From assembly GCA_964016885.1 (NCBI GenBank), contig OZ024744.1:11160001-11224000 (forward strand): a stretch of 64,000 nucleotides of DNA, in the 5' to 3' direction. The notes under the pieces are model-generated. The model was not told the origin of the DNA and did not search any database. It saw only the letters and a program-made list of their open reading frames with translations. This DNA is from Eledone cirrhosa. Taxonomy: Eukaryota. Numbering within the stretch: position 1 is the first letter of the stretch; every line of letters starts with the position of its first letter. This document shows, in pieces, positions 27,601 to 42,599 of the stretch. The translations under genes were made by a program, and so were the position numbers.

Positions 27601-30600
27601 GTGTTGTTTTACTCCAATATGTTGTATTGTTGATCTCCAATATGTCATATTATACTCCAATAAGTTGTGTTCTTGTACTCCAATATGTGTTGTTGTTGTA
27701 CTCCAATATGTTGCGTTGTTGTACTCCAATATATCATGTTGTCGTACTCCAATATGTCATGTTATACTCCAATATGTTTTGATGCTGTACTCCAATATGT
27801 TGTGTTGTTGTACTACAATATGTTGTGTTGTTGTACTCCAATATGTTGTGTTGTTATACTCCAATATGTTGTGCTGTTGTACTCCAATATGTTGTGTTGT
27901 TATACTCCAATATGTAGTGTTGTTATACTCCAATATGTTGTGTTGTTGTATTCCAATCTGTTGTGTTGTTATACTCCAATATATTGTGTTGTTATACTCC
28001 AATATGTTGTGTTGTTTTACTCCAATATGTTGTGTTGTTGTACTCCAATATGTTGTATTGTTGTTCTCCAATATGTCATGTTATACTCCAATAAGTTGTG
28101 TTCTTGTACTCCAATATGTTGTGTTGTTGTACTCCAATATGTTGTGTTGTTGTACTCCAATATATCATGTTGTCGTACTCCAATATGTCATGTTATACTC
28201 CAATATGTCGTTGTTATACTCCAATATGTCATGATGTTGTACTCCAATATGTCGTGTTCTTGTACTCCAATATGTCGTGTTGTCGTACTCCAATATGTTG
28301 TGTTGTTGTACTCCAATATGTTGTGCTGTTGTACTCCAATATGTTTGTTGTTGTACTCCAATATGTTGTGTTGTTATACTCCAATATGTTGTGCTGTTGT
28401 ACTCCAATATGTTTGTTGTTGTACTCCAATATGTCATGTTGTTTTACTCCAATATTTCGTGTTGTTGTACTCCAATATGTCATGGTGTTGTACTTCAATA
28501 TGTCGTATTGTTGTACTCCAATATGTTGTGTTGTTGTTCTCCAATATGTCGTGTTGTTATACTCCAATATGTTATGATGTTGTACTCCAATATATTGTGT
28601 TGTTGTACTCCAATATGTTGTGTTGCTGTACTCCAATATGTTGTGTCGTTGTACTCCAATATGTTGTGTTGTTGTACTCCAATATGTTGTGTTGTTGTAC
28701 TCCAATATGTTGTTGTACTCCAATATGCCATGTTGTTATACTCCAATATGTCGTGGTGTTGTACTCCAATATGTCATGTTGTTGTACTCCAATATTTCGT
28801 GTTGTTGTACTCCAATATGTCATAGGGGCTATACTCCAATATGGTGTGTTGTTGTACTCCAATATGCTGTGTTGCTGTACTCCAATAGGTTGTGTTGTTG
28901 TACGCCAATATGCTGTGTTGGCTGTGCTCCAATACGTTGTGTTGTTGTACTCCAATATGTTGTGCTGCTGTACTCCAATATGTTGTGTTGTTGTACTCCA
29001 ATATGTTGTGTTGTTGTACTCCAATATGTTGTGTTGTTGTACTCCAATCTATATCGCTGTTGTACTCCAATATGTTGTGTTGTTGTACTCCAATATGTTG
29101 TGCTGTTGTACTCCAATATGTTGTGCTGTTGTACTCCAATATTTTGTGCTGTTATACTCCAATATATTGTGTTGTTATACTCCAATATGTTGTGTTGTTG
29201 TACTCCAAAATATTGTGTTGTTATACTCCAATATGTTGTGTTGTTATACTCCAATATGTTGTGCTGTTATACTCCAATATGTTGTGTTGTTGTACTCCAA
29301 TATGTTGTGCTGTTATACTCCAATATTTTGTGTTGTTATACTCCAATATGTGGTATTGTTGTACTCCAATATGTTGTGCTGTTGTACTCCAATATGTTGT
29401 GTTGTTATACTCCAACATGTTGTGTTGTTATACTCCAATATGTTGTGTTGTTATACTCGAATATTTTGTGTTGTTATACTCGAATATCTTGTGTTGTTAT
29501 ACTCGAATATGTTGTGCTGTTGTACTCCAATATGTCGTGTTGTTGTACTCCAATATATCATGTAGTTGTACTCCAATATTTCGTGTTGTTGTACCCCAAT
29601 ATGTAGTGTTGTTTATACTCCAATATGTTTTGCTGTTGTACTCCAATATGATGTGCTGTTGTACTCCAATATGTTGTATTGTTGTTCTCCAATATGTCAT
29701 GTTATACTCCAATAAGTTGTGTTCTTGTACTCCAATATGTTGTGTTGTTGTACTCCAATATATCATGTTGTCGTACTCCAATATGTCATGTTATACTCCA
29801 ATATGTCATTGTTGTACTCCAATATGTCGTGTTGTTGTACTCCAATATGTCGTGCTGTTGTACTCCAATATGCTGTGTTGTTATACTCCAATATGTTGTG
29901 TTGTTGTACTCCAATGTGTTGTGTTGTTATACTCCAATGTGTTGTGTTGTTATACTCCAATATGTTGTGTTGTTGTAGTCCAATATGTTGTGTTGTCGTA
30001 CTCCAATATGTTGTGTTGTTATACTCCAATATTTCGTGTGGTTGTACTCCAGTATGTCATGGTGTTGTACTTCAATATGTCGTGTTGTTGTACTCCAATA
30101 TGTTGTCTTGTTGTACTCCAATCTGTTGTATTGTTGTACTTCAATATGTTCTGTTGTTGTACTCCAATATATTGTGTTGTTGTACTCCAATATGTTGTGT
30201 TGTTGTACTCCAATATGCTGTGTTGTTGTACTCCAATATGTTGTGTTGTTGTACTCCAATATGTTGTGTTGTTGTACTCCAATATCTTGTGTTCTTATAC
30301 TCCAATATGTTGTGTTGTTATACTCCAATATGTTGTGTTGTTGTACTCCAATATGTTGTGCTGTTGTACTCCAATATGATGTGCTGTTGTACTCCAATAT
30401 GTTGTGTTGTTGTACTCCAATGTGTTGTGTTGTTGTACTCCAATATGTTGTGCCGTTGTACTCCAATATTTTTTTTGTTTTTGTACTCCAAAATGTTGTG
30501 TTGTTATACTCCAATATGTTGTGTTGGTGTACTCCAATATGGTGTGCTGTTGTACTCCAAATCTCGTGTTGTTATACTCCAATGTGTTGTGTTGTTATAC

Positions 30601-33600
30601 TCCAATATGGTGTGTTGTTGAACTCCAATATGTTGTATTGTTTTTCCCCAATATGTCATGTTATACTCCAATATGTCGTGTTGCTGTACTCCAATATGTC
30701 ATGCAGTTGTACTTCAATATGTTTTGCTGTTGTACTCCACCGTGTTGTGTTGTTGAACTCCAATACGTTGTGTTGTTGTTCTCCAATATTTTGTGCTGTT
30801 GTACTCCAATTTGTGTTGTTGTACTCCAATATGTTGTGTTGTTGTACTCCAATATGTTGTGTTGTTGTACTCCAATATGTTGTGTTGTTATACTCCAATA
30901 TGTTGTGCTGTTGTACTCCAATATTTCGTGTTGTTGTACTCCAATACGTCGTGTTGTTGTACTCCAATATGTTTTGATGTTGTACTCAAATATGTTGTGT
31001 TGTTGTACTCCAATATGTTTTGATGTTGTACTCCAATATGTTGTGTTGTTGTACTCCAATATGTTGTGTAGTCTTACTCCAATATGTTGTGTTGTTGTAC
31101 TCCAATATGCTGTGATGTTGTACTCCAATATGATGTGATGTTGTACTCCAATGTGTTGTGTTGTTGTACTCCAATGTGATGTGTTGTTGTACTCCAATAT
31201 GTTGTGCCATTGTACTCCAATATTTTTTATATTTGTACTGCAATATGTTGTGTTGTTATACTCCAATATGTTGTGCTGTTGTACTCCAAATCTCGTGTTG
31301 TTATACTCCAATGTGTTGTGTTGTTATACTCCAATATGGTGTGTTGTTGTAGTCCAATATGTTGTATTGTTTTTTTCCAATATGTCATGTTATACTCCAA
31401 TATGTTGTGTTCGTGTACTCCAATATGTTGTGTTATTGTACTCCAATATGTTGCGTTGTTGTACTCCAATATGTTGTGTTGTTATACTCCAATATGTTGT
31501 GTTGTTGTACTCCAATATGTTGTCTTGTTGTACTCCAAAAGGCCATGTTATCGTACTCCAATATGTCTTGTTATACTCCAATATGTCGTGTGGCTGTACT
31601 CCAATATGTCATGTTGTTGTACTCCAATATGTCTTGTTATAGTCCAATATGTCGTGTTGTTGTACTCCAATATGTCATGTAGTTGTATTCCAATATTTCG
31701 TGTTGTTGTACCCCAATATGTCGTGTTGTATATACTCCAATATGTTTTGCTGTTGTACTCCAATATGTTGTGTTGCTGTATTCCAATATGTTGTGTTGTT
31801 ATTCTCCAATATGTTGTGCTGTTGTACTCCAATGTGTTATGTTGTTATACTCCAATATGTTGTGCTGTGATACTCCAATATATTGTGTTGTTGTACTCCA
31901 ATGTGTTGTGTTGTTATACTCCAATATGTTGTGTTGATTTACTCCAATATGTTGTGTTGTTGTACTCCAATCTGTTGTGTTGTTATACTCCAATATGTTG
32001 TGTTGTTATACTCCAATATGTTGTGTTGTTTTACTCCAATATGTTGTGTTGTTGTACTCCAATATGTTGTGTTGTTGTACTCCAATATGTTGTGTTGTTG
32101 TAATCCAATATCTTGTGTTGTTATACTCCAATATGTTGTGTTGTTGTACTCCAATATGTTGTGTTGTTGTACTCCAATGTGTTATGTTGTTATACTCCAA
32201 TATGTTGTGCTGTGCTACTCCAATATAGTGTGTTGTTGTACTCCAATGTGTTGTGTTGTTATACTCCAATATGTTGTGTTGATTTACTCCAATATGTTGT
32301 GTTGTTGTACTCCAATCTGTTGTGTTGTTATACTCCAATATGTTGTGTTGTTATACTCCAATATGTTGTGTTGTTTTACTCCAATATGTTGTGTTGTTGT
32401 ACTCCAATATGTCATGTTGCTGTACTCCAACATGTCGTGTTGTAGTACTCCAATATGTTTTGATGTTGTACTCCAATATGTTGTGTTTTTGTACTCCAAT
32501 ATGTTGTGTTGTTGTACTCCAATATGTTGTGTTGTTATACTCCAATATGTTGTGCTGTTGTACTCCAATATGTCATGTTGTTGTACTCCGATATTTCGTG
32601 TTGTTCTACTCCAATATTTCGTGTTGTTGTACTCCAATATGTTGTGTTGTTGTACTCCAATATGTTGTGTTGTTGTACTCCAATATGTTGTGTTGTTGTA
32701 CTCCAATATGTGATGTTGTTGTACTCCAATATGTCGTATTGTTGTACTCCAATATATTGTGTTGTTATACTCCAATATTTCGTGTTGTTTTAGTCCAATA
32801 TGTCATGTTGTTTTACTCCAATATTTCGTGTTGTTGTACTCCAATATGTCATGGTGTTGTACTTCAATATGTCGTATTGTTGTACTCCAATATGTTGTGT
32901 TGTTGTTCTCCAATATGTCGTGTTGTTATACTCCAATATGTTATGATGTTGTACTCCAATATATTGTGTTGTTGTACTCCAATATGTTGTGTTGCTGTAC
33001 TCCAATATGTTGTGTCGTTGTACTCCAATATGTTGTGTTGTTGTACTCCAATATGTTGTGTTGTGTTGTTGTACTCCAATATGTTGTTGTACTCCAATAT
33101 GCCATGTTGTTATACTCCAATATGTCGTGGTGTTGTACTCCAATACGTCATGTTGTTGTACTCCAATATTTCGTGTTGTTGTACTCCAATATGTCGTGTT
33201 GTTGTACTCCAATATGCTGTGTTGGCTGTGCTCCAATACGTTGTGTTGTTGTACTCCAATATGTTGTGCTGCTGTACTCCAATATGTTGTGTTGTTGTAC
33301 TCCAATATGTTGTGCTGCTGTACTCCAATATGTTGTGTTGTTGTACTCCAATATGTTGTGTTGTTGTACTCCAATATGTTGTGTTGTTATACTCCAATAT
33401 GTTGTGCTGTTGTACTCCAATATGTTGTGTTGTTATACTCCAATATGTAGTGTTGTTATACTCCAATATGTTGTGTTGTTGTACTCCAATCTGTTGTGTT
33501 GTTATACTCCAATATATTGTGTTGTTATACTCCAATATGTTGTGTTGTTTTACTCCAATATGTTGTGTTGTTGTACTCCAATATGTTGTATTGTTGTTCT

Positions 33601-35810
33601 CCAATATGTCATGTTATACTCCAATAAGTTGTGTTCTTGTACTCCAATATGTTGTGTTGTTGTACTCCAATATGTTGTGTTGTTGTACTCCAATATATCA
33701 TGTTGTCGTACTCCAATATGTCATGTTATACTCCAATATGTCGTTGTTATACTCCAATATGTCATGATGTTGTACTCCAATATGTCGTGTTCTTGTACTC
33801 CAATATGTCGTGTTGTCGTACTCCAATATGTTGTGTTGTTGTACTCCAAGATGTTGTGCTGTTGTACTCCAATATGTTGTGTTGTTGTACTCCAATATGT
33901 TGTGTTGTTATACTCCAATATGTTGTGATGTTGTACTCCAATATTTCGTGTTGTTGTACTCCAATACGTCGTGTTGTACTCCAATATGTTGTGTTGTTAT
34001 ACTCCAATATGTTATGTTGTTGTACTCCAATGTGTCTTGTTGTTGTACTCCAATATGTTTTGATGTTGTACTCCAATATGTTGTGTTGTTGTACTCCAAT
34101 ATGTTTTGATGTTGTACTCCAATATGTTGTGTTGTTGTACTCCAATATGTTGTGTAGTCGTATTCCAATATGTTGTGTTGTTGTACTCTAATATGTTTTG
34201 TTGTTATTCTCCAATATGTTGTGATGTTGTACTCCAATGTGTTGTGTTGTTGTACTCCAATGTGATGTGTTGCTGTACTCCAATATGTTGTGCTGTTGTA
34301 CTCCAATATTTTTTGTTTTTTGTACTCCAATATGTTGTGTTGTTATACTCCAATATGTTGTGTTGTTATACTCCAATATGGTGTGTTGTTGTACTCCAAT
34401 ATGTTGTATTGTTTTCTCCAATATGTCATGTTATACTCCAATATGGTGTGTTCGTGTACTCCAATATGTTGTGTTATTGTACTCCAATATGTTGCGTTGT
34501 TGTACTCCAATATGTTGTGTTGTTATACTCCAATATGTCGTGTGGCTGTACTCCAATATGTCATGTTGTTGTACTCCAATATGTCTTGTTATAGTCCAAT
34601 ATGTCGTGTTGTTGTACTCCAATATATCATGTAGTTGTACTCCAATATTTCGTGTTGTTGTACCCCAATATGTAGTGTTGTTTATACTCCAATATGTTTT
34701 GCTGTTGTACTCCAATATGTTGTGTTGCTGTACTCCTATATGTTGTGTTGTTATTCTCCAATATGTTGTGCTGTTGTACTCCAATGTGTTGTGTTGTTAT
34801 ACTCCAATGTGTTGTGTTGTTATACTCCAATATGTTGTGTTGTTGTAGTCCAATATGTTGTGTTGTCGTACTCCAATATGTTGTGTTGTTATACTCCAAT
34901 ATTTCGTGTGGTTGTACTCCAGTATGTCATGGTGTTGTACTTCAATATGTCGTGTTGTTGTACTCCAATATGTTGTCTTGTTGTACCCCAATCTGTTGTA
35001 TTGTTGTACTTCAATATGTTCTGTTGTTGTACTCCAATATATTATGTTGTTGTACTCCAATATGTTGTGTTGTTGTACTCCAATATGCTGTGTTGTTGTA
35101 CTCCAATATGTTGTGTTGTTGTACTCCAATATGTTGTGTTGTTGTACTCCAATATCTTGTGTTCTTATACTCCAATATGTTGTGTTGTTATACTCCAATA
35201 TGTTGTGTTGTTGTACTCCAATATGTTGTGCTGTTGTACTCCAATAGGATGTGCTGTTGTACTCCAATATGTTGTGTTGTTATACTCCAATGTGTTGTGT
35301 TGTTGTACTCCAATATGTTGTGCCGTTGTACTCCAATATTTTTTTGTTTTTGTACTCCAAAATGTTGTGTTGTTATACTCCAATATGTTGTGTTGGTGTA
35401 CTCCAATATGGTGTGCTGTTGTACTCCAAATCTCGTGTTGTTATACTCCAATGTGTTGTGTTGTTATACTCCAATATGGTGTGTTGTTGAACTCCAATAT
35501 GTTGTGTTGTTTTTCTCCAATATGTCATGTTATACTCCAATATGTCGTGTTGCTGTACTCCAATATGTCATGCTGTTGTACTTCAATATGTTTTGCTGTT
35601 GTACTCCACCGTGTTGTGTTGTTGAACTCCAATACGTTGTGTTGTTGTTCTCCAATATTTTGTGCTGTTGTACTCCAATTTGTGTTGTTGTACTCCAATA
35701 TGTTGTGTTGTTGTACTCCAATATGTTGTGTTGTTGTACTCCAATATGTTGTGTTGTTATACTTCAATATGTTGTGCTGTTGTACTCCAATATTTCGTGT
35801 TGTTGTACTC
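13100..35810 (+). repeat. ~11.36-kb near-identical higher-order tandem duplication (copy 1 ~13100-24445, copy 2 ~24445-35810)
   Basis: Offsets are 11345 (13305>24650, 15960>27305), then 11365 (16733>28098, 20957>32322, 24297>35662). Shared variants at paralogous sites: TACGCCAAT ~17536/28901, TTTTCCCCAAT ~19277/30642, CTGTGATAC ~20500/31865, TACGTCATG ~21779/33144, CCAAGATG 22481/33846, TTATACTTCAAT ~24392/35757. Confidence 0.92.
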
Positions 35811-38349
35811 CAATACGTCGTGTTGTTGTACTCCAATATGTTTTGATGTTGTACTCAAATATGTTGTGTTGTTGTACTCCAATATGTTTTGATGTTGTAC
35901 TCCAATATGTTGTGTTGTTGTACTCCAATATGTTGTGTAGTCTTACTCCAATATGTTGTGTTGTTGTACTCCAATATGCTGTGATGTTGTACTCCAATAT
36001 GATGTGATGTTGTACTCCAATGTGTTGTGTTGTTGTACTCCAATGTGCTGTGTTGTTGTACTCCAATATGTTGTGCCATTGTACTCCAATATTTTTTATA
36101 TTTGTACTGCAATATGTTGTGTTGTTATACTCCAATATGTTGTGCTGTTGTACTCCAAATCTCGTGTTGTTATACTCCAATGTGTTGTGTTGTTATACTC
36201 CAATATGGTGTGTTGTTGTAGTCCAATATGTTGTATTGTTTTTTTCCAATATGTCATGTTATACTCCAATATGTTGTGTTCGTGTACTCCAATATGTTGT
36301 GTTATTGTACTCCAATATGTTGCGTTGTTGTACTCCAATATGTTGTGTTGTTATACTCCAATATGTTGTGTTGTTGTACTCCAATATGTTGTCTTGTTGT
36401 ACTCCAAAAGGCCATGTTATCGTACTCCAATATGTCTTGTTATACTCCAATATGTCGTGTGGCTGTACTCCAATATGCCATGTTGTTGTACTCCAATATG
36501 TCTTGTTATAGTCCAATATGTCGTGTTGTTGTACTCCAATATGTCATGTAGTTGTATTCCAATATTTCGTGTTGTTGTACCCCAATATGTCGTGTTGTTT
36601 ATACTCCAATATGTTTTGCTGTTGTACTCCAATATGTTGTGTTGCTGTATTCCAATATGTTGTGTTGTTATTCTCCAATATGTTGTGCTGTTGTACTCCA
36701 ATGTGTTATGTTGTTATACTCCAATATGTTGTGCTGTGCTACTCCAATATATTGTGTTGTTGTACTCCAATGTGTTGTGTTGTTATACTCCAATATGTTG
36801 TGTTGATTTACTCCAATATGTTGTGTTGTTGTACTCCAATCTGTTGTGTTGTTATACTCCAATATGTTGTGTTGTTATACTCCAATATGTTGTGTTGTTT
36901 TACTCCAATATGTTGTGTTGTTGTACTCCAATATGTTGTGTTGTTGTACTCCAATATGTTGTGTTGTTGTAATCCAATATCTTGTGTTGTTATACTCCAA
37001 TATGTTGTGTTGTTGTACTCCAATATGTTGTGTTGTTGTACTCCAATGTGTTATGTTGTTATACTCCAATATGTTGTGCTGTGCTACTCCAATATAGTGT
37101 GTTGTTGTACTCCAATGTGTTGTGTTGTTATACTCCAATATGTTGTGTTGATTTACTCCAATATGTTGTGTTGTTGTACTCCAATCTGTTGTGTTGTTAT
37201 ACTCCAATATGTTGTGTTGTTATACTCCAATATGTTGTGTTGTTGTACTCCAATATGTCATGTTGCTGTACTCCAACATGTCGTGTTGTAGTACTCCAAT
37301 ATGTTTTGATGTTGTACTCCAATATGTTGTGTTTTTGTATTCCAATATGTTGTGTTGTTGTACTCCAATATGTTGTGTTGTTATACTCCAATATGTTGTG
37401 CTGTTGTACTCCAATATGTCATGTTGTTGTACTCCGATATTTCGTGTTGTTCTACTCCAATATTTCGTGTTGTTGTACTCCAATATGTTGTGTTGTTGTA
37501 CTCCAATATGTTGTGTTGTTGTACTCCAATATGTTGTGTTGTTGTACTCCAATATGTGATGTTGTTATACTCCAATATGTCGTATTGTTGTACTCCAATA
37601 TATTGTGTTGTTATACTCCAATATTTCGTGTTGTTTTAGTCCAATATGTCATGTTGTTTTACTCCAACATTTCGTGTTGTTGTACTCCAATATGTCATGG
37701 TGTTGTACTTCAATATGTCGTATTGTTGTACTCCAATATGTTGTGTTGTTGTTCTCCAATATGTCGTGTTGTTATACTCCAATATGTTATGATGTTGTAC
37801 TCCAATATATTGTGTTGTTGTACTCCAATATGTTGTGTTGCTGTACTCCAATATGTTGTGTCGTTGTACTCCAATATGTTGTGTTGTTGTACTCCAATAT
37901 GTTGTGTTGTTGTACTCCAATATGTTGTTGTACTCCAATATGCCATGTTGTTATACTCCAATATGTCGTGGTGTTGTACTCCAATATGTCATGTTGTTGT
38001 ACTCCAATATTTCGTGTTGTTGTACTCCAATATGTCATAGGGGCTATACTCCAATATGGTGTGTTGTTGTACTCCAATATGCTGTGTTGCTGTACTCCAA
38101 TAGGTTGTGTTGTTGTACTCCAATATGCTGTGTTGGCTGTGCTCCAATACGTTGTGTTGTTGTACTCCAATATTTTGTGCTGCTGTACTCCAATATGTTG
38201 TGTTGTTGTACTCCAATATGTTGTGTTGTTGTACTCCAATATGTTGTGTTGTTGTACTCCAATCTATATCGCTGTTGTACTCCAATATGTTGTGTTGTTG
38301 TACTCCAATATGTTGTGCTGTTGTACTCCAATATGTTGTGCTGTTGTAC

Positions 38350-40060
38350 TCCAATATTTTGTGCTGTTATACTCCAATATATTGTGTTGTTATACTCCAA
38401 TATGTTGTGTTGTTGTACTCCAAAATATTGTGTTGTTATACTCCAATATGTTGTGTTGTTATACTCCAATATGTTGTGCTGTTATACTCCAATATGTTGT
38501 GTTGTTGTACTCCAATATGTTGTGCTGTTATACTCCAATATTTTGTGTTGTTATACTCCAATATGTGGTATTGTTGTACTCCAATATGTTGTGCTGTTGT
38601 ACTCCAATATGTTGTGTTGTTATACTCCAACATGTTGTGTTGTTATACTCCAATATGTTGTGTTGTTATACTCGAATATTTTGTGTTGTTATACTCGAAT
38701 ATCTTGTGTTGTTATACTCGAATATGTTGTGCTGTTGTACTCCAATATGTCGTGTTGTTGTACTCCAATATATCATGTAGTTGTACTCCAATATTTCGTG
38801 TTGTTGTACCCCAATATGTAGTGTTGTTTATACTCCAATATGTTTTGCTGTTGTACTCCAATATGATGTGCTGTTGTACTCCAATATGTTGTATTGTTGT
38901 TCTCCAATATGTCATGTTATACTCCAATAAGTTGTGTTCTTGTACTCCAATATGTTGTGTTGTTGTACTCCAATATATCATGTTGTCGTACTCCAATATG
39001 TCATGTTATACTCCAATATGTCATTGTTGTACTCCAATATGTCGTGTTGTTGTACTCCAATATGTCGTGCTGTTGTACTCCAATATGCTGTGTTGTTATA
39101 CTCCAATATGTTGTGTTGTTGTACTCCAATATGTTGTGTTGTTATACTCCAATATGTTGTGTTGTTGTACTCCAATATGTCATGTTGTTGTACTCCAATA
39201 TGTTGTGTTGTTGTACTCCAATATTTTGTGCTGTTATACTCCAATATATTGTGTTGTTATACTCCAATATGTTGTGTTGTTGTACTCCAAAATATTGTGT
39301 TGTTATACTCCAATATGTTGTGTTGTTATACTCCAATATGTTGTGCTGTTATACTCCAATATGTTGTGTTGTTGTACTCCAATATGTTGTGCTGTTATAC
39401 TCCAATATTTTGTGTTGTTATACTCCAATATGTGGTATTGTTGTACTCCAATATGTTGTGCTGTTGTACTCCAATATGTTGTGTAGTTATACTCCAACAT
39501 GTTGTGTTGTTATACTCCAATATGTTGTGTTGTTATACTCGAATATTTTGTGTTGTTATACTCGAATATCTTGTGTTGTTATACTCGAATATGTTGTGCT
39601 GTTGTACTCCAATATATCATGTAGTTGTACTCCAATATTTCGTGTTGTTGTACCCCAATATGTAGTGTTGTTTATACTCCAATATGTTTTGCTGTTGTAC
39701 TCCAATATGATGTGCTGTTGTACTCCAATATGTTGTATTGTTGTTCTCCAATATGTCATGTTATACTGCAATAAGTTGTGTTCTTGTACTCCAATATGTT
39801 GTGTTGTTGTACTCCAATATATCATGTTGTCGTACTCCAATATGTCATGTTATACTCCAATATGTCATTGTTGTACTCCAATATGTCGTGTTGTTGTACT
39901 CCAATATGTCGTGCTGTTGTACTCCAATATGCTGTGTTGTTATACTCCAATATGTTGTGTTGTTGTACTCCAATATGTTGTGTTGTTATACTCCAATATG
40001 TTGTGTTGTTGTACTCCAATATGTCATGTTGTTGTACTCCAATATGTTGTGTTGTTGTAC
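38350..40060 (+). repeat. 867-bp (38-monomer) local tandem duplication
   Basis: CCAATATTTTGTGCTGTTAT lies at 38351 and 39218. ORF offsets are 38436>39303 (867) and 38712>39556 (844, one monomer fewer). 867 = 34x23+24+21+20+20, matching the length variants in the unit. The paralogous region near 5870-6750 has a single copy. Confidence 0.85.
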
Positions 40061-42599
40061 TTCAATATATCATGTTGTCGTACTCCAATATGTTTTGATG
40101 TTGTACTCCAATATATTGTGTTGTTGTACTCCAATATGTTGTGTAGTCGTACTCCAATATGTTGTGTTGTTGTACTCCAATATGATGTGATGTTGTACTC
40201 CAATATGATGTGCTGTTGTACTCCAATGCGTTGTGTTGTTGTACTCCAATATGCTGTGTTGTTATACTCCAATATGTTGTGTTGTTATACTCCAATCTGT
40301 TGTGTTGTTATACTCCAATATATTGTGTTGTTATACTCCAATATGTTGTGTTGTTTTACTCCAATATGTTGTGTTGTTGTACTCCAATATCTTTTATTGT
40401 TGTTCTCCAATATGTCATGTTATACTCCAATAAGTTGTGTTCTTGTACTCCAATATGTTGTGTTGTTGTACTCCAATATGTTGTGTTGTTGTACTCCAAT
40501 ATATCATGTTGTCGTACTCCAATATGTCATGTTATACTCCAATGTGTCATTGTTGTACTCCAATATGTCGTGTTGTTGTACTCCAATATGTTGTGTTGTT
40601 GTACTCCAATATGCTGTGTTGTTGTACTCCAATATGTTGTGTTGTTGTACTCCAATATGTTGTGTTGTTATACTCCAATATGTTATGTTGTTGTACTCCA
40701 ATATGTCATGTTGTTGTACTCCAATATGTTTTGATGTTGTACTCCAATATGTCGTGTTGTTATACTCCAATATGTTATGATGTTGTACTCCAATATATTG
40801 TGTTGTTGTACTCCAATATGTTGTGTTGCTGTACTCCAATATGTTGTGTCGTTGTACTCCAATACGTTGTGTTGTTGTACTCCAATATGTTGTGTTGTTG
40901 TACTCCAATATGTCATGTTGTCGTACTCCAATATTTCGTGTTGTTGTACTCCAATATGTCATGGTGTTGTATTCCAATATGTTGTGTTGTTGTACTCCAA
41001 TATGTTGTGTGGTTGTACTCCAATATGTTGTGTTGTTGTACTCCAATATGTTGTGTTGTTGTACTCCAATATGCCATGTTGTTATACTCCAATATGTGGT
41101 GGTGTTGTACTCCAATATGTCATGTTGTTGTACTCCAATATTTCGTGTTGTCGTACTCCAATATGTCATAGGGGTTGTACTCCAATATGCTGTGTTGCTG
41201 TACTCCAATAGGTTGTGTTGTTGTACTCCAATATGCTGTGTTGGCTGTGCTCCAATACGTTGTGTTGTTGTACTCCAATATGTTGTGATGCTGTACTCCA
41301 ATATGTTGTGTTGTTGTACTCCAATATGTTGTGTTGTTGTACTCCAATATGTTGTGTTGTTGTACTCCAATCTATATCGCTGTTGTACTCCAATATGTTG
41401 TGTTGTTGTACTCCAATATGTTGTGCTGTTGTACTCCAATATGTTGTGCTGTTGTACTCCAATATTTTGTGCTGTTATACTCCAATATATTGTGTTGTTA
41501 TACTCCAATATGTTGTGTTGTTGTACTCCAAAATATTGTGTTGTTATACTCCAATATGTTGTGTTGTTATACTCCAATAAGTTGTGCTGTTATACTCCAA
41601 TATGTTGTGTTGTTGTACTCCAATATGTTGTGCTGTTATACTCCAATATTTTGTGTTGTTATACTCCAATATGTGGTATTGTTGTACTCCAATATGTTGT
41701 GCTGTTGTACTCCAATATGTTGTGTTGTTATACTCCAACATGTTGTGTTGTTATACTCCAATATGTTGTGTTGTTATACTCGAATATGTTGTGTTGTTAT
41801 ACTCGAATATCTTGTGTTGTTATACTCGAATATGTTGTGCTGTTGTACTCCAATATGTCGTGTTGTTGTACTCCAATATATCATGTAGTTGTACTCCAAT
41901 ATTTCGTGTTGTTGTACCCCAATATGTAGTGTTGTTTATACTCCAATAAGTTTTGCTGTTGTACTCCAATATGTTGTGTTGCTGTACTCCTATATGTTGT
42001 GTTGTTATTCTCCAATATGTTGTGCTGTTGTACTCCAATGTGTTGTGTTGTTATACTCCAATATGTTGTGTTGATTTACTCCAATATGTTGTGTTGTTGT
42101 ACTCCAATCTGTTGTGTTGTTATACTCCAATGTGTTGTGTTGTTATACTCCAATATGTTGTGTTGTTGTAGTCCAATATGTTGTGTTGTCGTACTCCAAT
42201 ATGTTGTGTTGTTATACTCCAATATTTCGTGTGGTTGTACTCCAATATGTCATGGTGTTGTACTTCAATATGTCGTGTTGTTGTACTCCAATATGTTGTC
42301 TTGCTGTACTCCAATATGTTGTGTTGTTGTACTCCAATATCTTGTGTTCTTATACTCCAATATGTTGTGTTGTTATACTCCAATATGTTGTGTTGTTGTA
42401 CTCCAATATGTTGTGCTGTTTTACTCCAATATGTTGTGTTGTTGTACTCCAATATGTTGTATTGTTTTTCTCCAATATGTCATGTTATACTCCAATAAGT
42501 TGTGTTCTTGTACTCCAATATGTTGTGTTGTTGTACTCCAATATATCATGTTGTCGTACTCCAATATGTCATGTTATACTCCAATATGTCATTGTTGTA

